A stretch of 64,000 nucleotides of DNA, taken from NCBI GenBank assembly GCA_043811375.1, contig JBDRNJ010000009.1, positions 1 through 64,000 on the forward strand. Direction: 5' to 3'. Of the stretch, positions 57,613-64,000 are shown one piece after another (the first letter of the stretch is position 1; each line of letters begins with the position of its first letter). The stretch comes from a bacterium. GTDB lineage: Bacteria > Zixibacteria > MSB-5A5 > GN15 > FEB-12. Position numbers and translations under genes: made by a program. The notes under the pieces are model-generated. The model made no database searches and had not been told where the DNA came from. It saw only the letters and a program-made list of their open reading frames with translations.

Positions 57613-58632
57613 TTGCCGCCCGGATCACCTTTGTTCGGGGTTGTGGCACGTATGCTGAGGCAAACCGGTAACCGGGTGCTGACAACCCTGCTGCAGCCGC
57701 CGGGATTCCGACCAGTATTATGGCCGGAGGAGAAGACCTTTGCTTTCACGGTTATTGACGACACCGATCAGGCAACATTGCCGGCGGTGCAACCTATATA
57801 CGAACTGCTGCATCAGCTTGGCCTTCACACCACCAAGACAGTGTGGGTGGAACCCACCGTAGAGCCGGAAGAAAATGACAGTTGCGGCGACACTCTGGCG
57901 GACGAACCCTACCGTGATTTCATTCTCCGGTTGCAGGACCGCGGTTTCGAGATTGCTTTTCATGGCGCTCGCGGCGGCAGCAGTAAGCGTCTTGAGACAA
58001 AAGCAGCCCTTGAGCAATTTCAACGGATACTGGGACATGATCCCAAAGTTCATGTGAACCACTTCCAGAACCGGGAAAATCTTTATGGCGGCAGGCACAA
58101 ACTCGATTTCCGGCCGCTGCGATGGCTCTATAGCCTGTTTCTACGATGGAATTTCGAAGGCCATAACCCCCAGTCGCCCTACTTCTGGGGTGATCTGGCT
58201 AAACGACACATTACCTATGTTCGGGATTTTCACTTCGATGAGATTGACGTTATGCAAATCTACCCGCTGCTGCCATTCCATGATCCCCGCCGGCCCTACG
58301 TGAATTTCTGGTTTCATGCATCCGACGGCTCCAATATCGATTCATTTGTCCGCCTGCTTAGCCGGGAGAATCTCAATCGGCTGGAGCATAATCATGGCTT
58401 GTGCATTGTCTATACCCACTTCGGCAAAGGCTTCTGCACCGATGGTGAGGTCGGCGGCGCTGTGGCCGACCGCCTGCGTGATGTTGCTGGCCGTGACGGC
58501 TGGTTCGCGCCGGTGGGTGAAATTCTGGATTACCTTCGCCGTCAAAACGGCGATCAGACGATCAGCTACAAGAATCGCGTCTATATGGAATTGCGGTGGG
58601 CACTGGAGAAACTGGGCCGGGGCACGACGTAG
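57613..58632 (+). CDS. Polysaccharide deacetylase-like protein
   Basis: 'FAFTVIDDTD', 'GFEIAFHG', 'HVNH', 'IVYTHF', 'WFAPVGEILDYL'. Start uncertain (ATG 57652 possible). Confidence 0.7.
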   Translation: MPPGSPLFGVVARMLRQTGNRVLTTLLQPPGFRPVLWPEEKTFAFTVIDDTDQATLPAVQPIYELLHQLGLHTTKTVWVEPTVEPEENDSCGDTLADEPYRDFILRLQDRGFEIAFHGARGGSSKRLETKAALEQFQRILGHDPKVHVNHFQNRENLYGGRHKLDFRPLRWLYSLFLRWNFEGHNPQSPYFWGDLAKRHITYVRDFHFDEIDVMQIYPLLPFHDPRRPYVNFWFHASDGSNIDSFVRLLSRENLNRLEHNHGLCIVYTHFGKGFCTDGEVGGAVADRLRDVAGRDGWFAPVGEILDYLRRQNGDQTISYKNRVYMELRWALEKLGRGTT

Positions 58633-58819
58633 GCAGCCTGATCGAAAAGAGACAAATCGAGCCGCTACATTCACAGTTACCGGGCATCAACCTTTACGTC
58701 ATCAGGTGACAGCCGACAGGGAATAATTTTCAAGTTGCCGGAATGCTCAACACCCGGCTATCTTGGGTATTGTCTGTGGAGAGCAGTTTGAAAGGCTGTA
58801 TTTTCCGGACGGAGATTCT

Positions 58820-61468
58820 ATGACCCAACAGGATGACAGCGACAAGACCCGGAACCACATCGCCCTGACTAAGGGCACGATGGTTTCTCATTACCGCATC
58901 GTTGAGAAGATCGGCGCTGGTGGGATGGGGGAGGTCTATCTGGCCGAGGATACCAAACTCAATCGCAAGGTGGCGTTGAAATTCCTGCCGCCGCACCTGT
59001 GTCGGGACAAAGATTGCCGGGCGCGATTCAAGCGCGAGGCTCAGGCCGCTGCCAAATTGGATCACCCCAATATTGTCACCATCCATGAAGTCAATGAGTA
59101 CCAGGGGCGACCGTTCTTTGCCATGCAGCACCTTGAGGGAGAGTCATTGCACGATCTGATCAAGGGTAAGGAGCTGCCGGTAGACAGGGTTATCGGTCTT
59201 TCTACCCAGATTTGCGACGGGCTGACTAAAGCTCATCAGGCCGGTATAACACACCGCGATATTAAGCCATCCAACATCGTCATAGATGCCGATGGCCGAC
59301 CCCGGCTGGTCGATTTCGGACTGGCTGCCATCAAGGGTGGCGAGCAGCTTACCAAAACCGGATCGACGCTGGGCACCGTCTCCTATATGTCACCCGAACA
59401 GGTGCAGGGCAAAGAAGTTGACCACCGCTCCGACTTGTTTGCTTTTGGTGTCGTGCTTTACGAATTGATCTGCGGCAAGCGTCCGTTTGAGGGTGACAGT
59501 GAGACCGCCACCATGAACGCTATCAACAACCTCCCGCCACAGCCGTTGTCCAGATACCGTGCCGATGTGCCTGATGATTTACAACGCATTGTATCGAAAC
59601 TGCTGGAAAAAGACCCCGGCCTGCGTTATCAGAGCGCCGACGGTGTAGCTGTCGATATGCGACGGCTGGTTGCCGGCAGTACGACCGGTGTCATGCCTGC
59701 TGCCGCTAAACCGCGATTCAACAAAGTCCTGGTTGGTACGGTCGTTCTCCTGCTGGCGGTGATCGTGGCAGGGACTTTATACAAGCTGCTCGCACCCGAA
59801 AGAAAAGACGCAGCCGAGAGCAAAAAGATGCTGGCGGTGCTGCCGTTTGAGAACCTGGGCAATCCGGAAGATGAATACTTCGCTGATGGTATCACCGATG
59901 AAATCACATCTCGGTTAGCCTCAGTTCATGTCCTGGGCGTTATATCTCGTACCAGTGCCTATACCTTCAAGAACTCCGAGAAAACTCTCCCGGAGATAGC
60001 TCGCCAACTGGGTGTAGACTATATCCTCGAAGGCACCATCCGCTGGGACAAGACCGGTGATACTGACCGGGTGCGCATCACACCGCAGCTAATAAGAGTT
60101 TCCGATGATCGTCACCTGTGGGCTGATAACTATGAACGGGATCTAACCCAGGTGTTTACCGTTCAGTCGGAAATCGCCGGTCATGTTGCTGCTGCGCTCA
60201 ATGTCGCGCTGGGAGAACCGGAGAGACTGCGGATTGAAACCGAGCCAACTACGAATGTCGAGGCATACGTTTATTTCCTGCGTGGCAGGGAGTACTTTGA
60301 GCGAGGCGGGCAGCGTAATTGCGACGAACTCGCTATCAGAATGTGGGAACGGGCGATTGAGCTGGATTCCTCGTTTGCCCTCGCCTATGCATGGCTGGCT
60401 CGAGCACATTCGTACTCATACTTCAATTGGCCGGATAAAGGATCAGGAAGGCTGGAACTGGCCAAGAACGCTGCGGAAACTGCCCTCCGTCTGAGTGACC
60501 AAAGCGCGGATGGTCACATGGCGATGGGATATTACTATTACTACAGTAACAGGAATTACGATCGCGCTCTGGAGCATTTCCTTCTGGCATTGAGAGAGCA
60601 GCCGAATAACAGCGATCTACATGGGGCAGTGGCCTATATTCAGCGCCGGCAGGGGAAATGGGAAGAAGCACTGGTCAGCCTGCGGAAAGCCGCCAGGCTC
60701 AATCCACGTTCAGTTGAGCTAGCGGAGAACCTTCAAATCACAGCACTTTTCTTGAGGCGATATACGGAAGCCAAACGATACTTCGATCTGGGTCGCCAGA
60801 TCGCACCCGATGACAAACGTCTCTATGATTTGGAATCCTGGCGGTGTATAACGGTGAATGGTGATACACGACAAGCCCGCCAGGTGCTGGAAGAAGGCCG
60901 GCGTCTGGTAGGACCGACCCTCCTGGCTGAGGAATTCGAGCTTCTGGACATGTACGACCGCGACTTCGAGTCCGCCTTAGGCCATCGGCCTTCCTCTGAT
61001 GCGGCGAGCCCGGACGATGACTTTGATTATTTCCTCTTCAGAGGGTGGCTCTATTCGTTCATGGGTAGGCGCGCAACCAGTGTTTCATACTTCGATTCAG
61101 CGAGGGTCAAATACGAGCAGGCTGTTGCTCAAGCTCCTGACTTCGCCTACCATCGCTCACGCCTGGCTATAGCCTACGCCGGCGTTGGGCGGACTGATGA
61201 TGCCATTCGAGAGTGCGAAACCGCGATGGGCCTGTTGCTGATCACAGAAGATGCCCTCTTACGACCGATGGTGCTGGCGACCCTGGCTGATGCCTACATC
61301 CTAACGGGGAAGCATGAACTGGCTATCGAGACGCTCGATTCTATTCTCTCAATGCCGTTCGTATACAGCGTACAAACACTGAGACTCGATCCCAGATTCG
61401 ACCCCCTCCGCGACCACCCGCGCTTTCAGGCACTGATCGAGAAGTATGAGAAGGAACATGGAAACTGA
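58820..61468 (+). CDS. Ser/Thr protein kinase with TM, TolB-like and TPR domains
   Basis: 'IGAGGMGEVY', 'VALKFL', 'HRDIKPSN', 'DFG', 'YMSPEQ', 'LAVLPFENL..EYFADGITDEI', 'DPRFDPLRDHPRF'. GGAG before ATG 58820. Confidence 0.92.
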   Translation: MTQQDDSDKTRNHIALTKGTMVSHYRIVEKIGAGGMGEVYLAEDTKLNRKVALKFLPPHLCRDKDCRARFKREAQAAAKLDHPNIVTIHEVNEYQGRPFFAMQHLEGESLHDLIKGKELPVDRVIGLSTQICDGLTKAHQAGITHRDIKPSNIVIDADGRPRLVDFGLAAIKGGEQLTKTGSTLGTVSYMSPEQVQGKEVDHRSDLFAFGVVLYELICGKRPFEGDSETATMNAINNLPPQPLSRYRADVPDDLQRIVSKLLEKDPGLRYQSADGVAVDMRRLVAGSTTGVMPAAAKPRFNKVLVGTVVLLLAVIVAGTLYKLLAPERKDAAESKKMLAVLPFENLGNPEDEYFADGITDEITSRLASVHVLGVISRTSAYTFKNSEKTLPEIARQLGVDYILEGTIRWDKTGDTDRVRITPQLIRVSDDRHLWADNYERDLTQVFTVQSEIAGHVAAALNVALGEPERLRIETEPTTNVEAYVYFLRGREYFERGGQRNCDELAIRMWERAIELDSSFALAYAWLARAHSYSYFNWPDKGSGRLELAKNAAETALRLSDQSADGHMAMGYYYYYSNRNYDRALEHFLLALREQPNNSDLHGAVAYIQRRQGKWEEALVSLRKAARLNPRSVELAENLQITALFLRRYTEAKRYFDLGRQIAPDDKRLYDLESWRCITVNGDTRQARQVLEEGRRLVGPTLLAEEFELLDMYDRDFESALGHRPSSDAASPDDDFDYFLFRGWLYSFMGRRATSVSYFDSARVKYEQAVAQAPDFAYHRSRLAIAYAGVGRTDDAIRECETAMGLLLITEDALLRPMVLATLADAYILTGKHELAIETLDSILSMPFVYSVQTLRLDPRFDPLRDHPRFQALIEKYEKEHGN

Positions 61469-61480
61469 GGATAGCACAAT

Positions 61481-64000
61481 ATGACGCTTGAGAAAGGACA
61501 ACGGCTCGGGCCGTACGAAATCGAAAAGCCGCTGGGAGCTGGTGGCATGGGCGAAGTCTATCGGGCCAGGGACACGCGCCTCGATCGGACTGTCGCCATC
61601 AAGGTGCTGCCGGAACGCACCGCTATGAACGCCGATCTCCGCACTCGTTTTGAACGCGAAGCAAAAGCCATCTCCAGCCTCAATCATCCCAATATCTGCA
61701 CGCTTCACGATGTCGGCCACCACGAGGGCACTGACTTTCTGGTAATGGAATACCTCGAAGGTGAGGTACTTTCCGAGCGCCTGAAGCGCAGCGCAATGGA
61801 TGTGGAAGAGGGACTCGATATTGCCATCCAGATTGCCGATGCCCTCACCACCGCTCACGGTCAGGGACTGATTCACCGCGACCTGAAACCCGACAACATT
61901 TTTCTGACCAAAGACGGCGCCAAGCTGCTCGATTTCGGCCTGGCCAAGCTACAGATATCCGATGGCGTCATTGAAGGGATGACCGGTGTTACACAAACCT
62001 CTCCCCTGACAGGCAAGGGCGCCATTGTCGGCACACTCTACTACATGTCACCGGAACAACTGGAAGGTAAAGAGGCTGACGCGCGCAGCGACATCTTTGC
62101 TCTTGGCGCCACCCTGTTTGAGATGATCACCGGCCAACGGGCCTTTGAAGGCCAGAGCCAGGCCAGCCTGATTGCGGCCGTGATAGAACGGACACCGCCG
62201 CCGATATCCGAGGTCAAACCGCTGGCTCCCCCCGGTCTGGTTCGGCTGGTCAAGAAATGTCTGGAGAAAGATCCCGATCGGCGCTGGCAATCGGCCCGTG
62301 ATCTGGCCGACGAACTCCGCTGGATCGCTCAATCCGGTTCTCAGGCCGGGGTGCCGGCACCGGTATCAAGTCGAAGACGGTTCCACCTGAGGGTGTCATG
62401 GTCCTTGTTTACCCTGGCAGGTGTGGTGGCGGTTCTGTTTGCGGCACTCTACCTGAGTGTAGAAAAACCAACGTGCAATTCGACTCGATTCTCCATTATG
62501 CCTGAGCAGCAACTCACACGAATCGAGTGGCCGCGCATTTCTCCCGATGGTCAACTTCTGGCTTTCTTGGGCACAGATTCAGTGAACACAAGGTCAATTT
62601 GGATTCGCCCCCTGAACTCCCTCGACCCGTACCGCCTGGCCGGTACTGAAGACGCCGGGCGGTCCTTCTGGTCACCTGACAGCCGCTATCTGGCGTTTTT
62701 CGTGCAGCAAAGACAGCTCAAGAAAATCGCCGTGGCCGGTGGACCGACTCAACTCATTTGCGAATACGAGGGGGTCGATGGCTCGTGGGGAAGTGACGGG
62801 ACGATTCTCTTTGATTACATGTTTGATAACCCGATCATGCGAGTTCCAGCCGCGGGAGGATCGCCCGCATCGGGAACCACTCTTGATGAGAATGGTGGTG
62901 AGGCGTATCACATGTGGCCCTGGTGCCTTTCCGACGGCAAACACTTCCTCTATCTGGCAGCAGTCGATACTACGGGGCGGGGAGCAATGGTCTCAGGTGA
63001 TCAAGGATACTTACTCAAGGCAGGATCTCTTGATGGCGGCATAGACAAGCAGCTTCTTCGCGTGCATTCGCGGGTGGAGTTCTGTGCGCCCGCGTATATC
63101 ATTCACTGTCGCGACGGAGTCTTATTTGCTCAGCGGTTGGACATTGACAACATGGCAATTGTCGGAGAACCGATACCTATAGCCGAGAATGTGGAACTGG
63201 GGACCGACGCTTACCAATTCAGTGTGTCGAACGAAGGAACGCTCGTTTACATGAGTCAATCGGATACCGGTAACAGCCAGATCATAGCAGTTGATCGCGA
63301 CGGGAATATCCTCGACACCGTCATCGTAACGGGACAATACAACGATCTCGCCCTGTCTCCGGATGGTCGGCGACTCGCTTTCGTCAAAACCGAGCCACGA
63401 GAGAGCCAACGGGATGTGTGGATTCATTATCTTGATAGAGGATTATCTTCCCGACTCACCTTCGCGGATGCTGATGACTGGCGCCCGGTCTGGTCGCCCG
63501 ATGGTGAGCGCATCGCCTTCGCATCGAACCGTACAGGCAATGTGGGAATTCATGAACGCTCGGCGAGTGGGACGGGAGATAGTCGGTTGATTCATTCGCA
63601 AGGGGGTGTGTCAGTGCCCACGGATTGGTCACGTGACGGACGGTTCCTCAGCATTCTCCAATTTCGAAACAATTACGATATCTACTTCATTGACATGGTC
63701 GATTCAACGGATCCCCAGCCGGTACTGACAACGCCCCACAATGAGCAGTATGGAACCTTCTCACCCGATGGACGCTACCTGGCATACCAGAGTGACGAGT
63801 CCGGTCGCCCCGAGGTCTACGTGCGGGAACTTGGTGAGGCAGGTGGTAAATGGCAGATGTCGGCCGACGGCGGTTTTACCCCGCAATGGCGCGCTGACGG
63901 GAAAGAATTGTACTTCTGGAATGCAAATGACTATCTGGTAGCAGTCCCGGTGCAGCCCGACGGCCGGGCGTTCGAAACCGGCCGACCACAGAGTTTGTTC
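61481..64000 (+). CDS. Ser/Thr protein kinase with TM and PD40/TolB-like beta-propeller (3'-truncated by the window; absent from the ORF track)
   Basis: Translated by hand: 'MTLEKGQRLGPYEIEKPLGAGGMGEVYRARDTRLDRTVAIK', 'HRDLKPDN', 'DFG', 'YMSPEQ', then repeats 'ISPDG', 'WSPD', 'LSPDG', 'WSPDG', 'FSPDG', 'WRADGKEL'. Confidence 0.9.
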   Translation, partial: MTLEKGQRLGPYEIEKPLGAGGMGEVYRARDTRLDRTVAIKVLPERTAMNADLRTRFEREAKAISSLNHPNICTLHDVGHHEGTDFLVMEYLEGEVLSERLKRSAMDVEEGLDIAIQIADALTTAHGQGLIHRDLKPDNIFLTKDGAKLLDFGLAKLQISDGVIEGMTGVTQTSPLTGKGAIVGTLYYMSPEQLEGKEADARSDIFALGATLFEMITGQRAFEGQSQASLIAAVIERTPPPISEVKPLAPPGLVRLVKKCLEKDPDRRWQSARDLADELRWIAQSGSQAGVPAPVSSRRRFHLRVSWSLFTLAGVVAVLFAALYLSVEKPTCNSTRFSIMPEQQLTRIEWPRISPDGQLLAFLGTDSVNTRSIWIRPLNSLDPYRLAGTEDAGRSFWSPDSRYLAFFVQQRQLKKIAVAGGPTQLICEYEGVDGSWGSDGTILFDYMFDNPIMRVPAAGGSPASGTTLDENGGEAYHMWPWCLSDGKHFLYLAAVDTTGRGAMVSGDQGYLLKAGSLDGGIDKQLLRVHSRVEFCAPAYIIHCRDGVLFAQRLDIDNMAIVGEPIPIAENVELGTDAYQFSVSNEGTLVYMSQSDTGNSQIIAVDRDGNILDTVIVTGQYNDLALSPDGRRLAFVKTEPRESQRDVWIHYLDRGLSSRLTFADADDWRPVWSPDGERIAFASNRTGNVGIHERSASGTGDSRLIHSQGGVSVPTDWSRDGRFLSILQFRNNYDIYFIDMVDSTDPQPVLTTPHNEQYGTFSPDGRYLAYQSDESGRPEVYVRELGEAGGKWQMSADGGFTPQWRADGKELYFWNANDYLVAVPVQPDGRAFETGRPQSLF

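Overview
Bacterial chromosomal window in standard genetic code, with moderately high GC. The repeated C-terminal 'GDLTYLVxYLFxGGPPP' dockerin-like tags, T9SS/FlgD-like C-terminal domains and expanded Ser/Thr kinases suggest an FCB-group organism such as candidate division Zixibacteria; this is inference, not a database result. The left 15 kb is a secreted-protein cluster: two cohesin+dockerin proteins (one an S8 protease) followed by four tandem ~850-900 aa paralogs of unknown function ending in a T9SS-like C-terminal domain. A fifth paralog at 42.6-46.0 kb has the same N-terminal domain but ends in a dockerin instead. The rest holds an FHA-GAF-PP2C/Ser-Thr kinase/MFS operon, pcm, an orphan cheW with a sigma-28 promoter, an M29 aminopeptidase, a large (Alu-type) SRP RNA and tRNA-Ala(CGC), with a REP-rich AT-richer islet between those two RNA genes. 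Further right are ptsI, pgi/pmi, a hydrolase gene interrupted by one in-frame TGA, a GldA/GldF-G/DUF4340 ABC system, folE, a GT-C/TPR protein, comB, a DUF3857-transglutaminase pair, a PPi-type PFK, a GT2 and two more kinases. The best leads are: (1) a non-cellulosomal cohesin/dockerin plus T9SS-like surface-protein system with swappable C-terminal tags and dense D-(S/T)-hydrophobic sequons; (2) an unassigned structured RNA with its own promoter upstream of comB; (3) a family of covarying 13-bp palindrome arrays; (4) REPIN-delimited gene cassettes. No CRISPR array, rRNA, transposase or integrase was seen.
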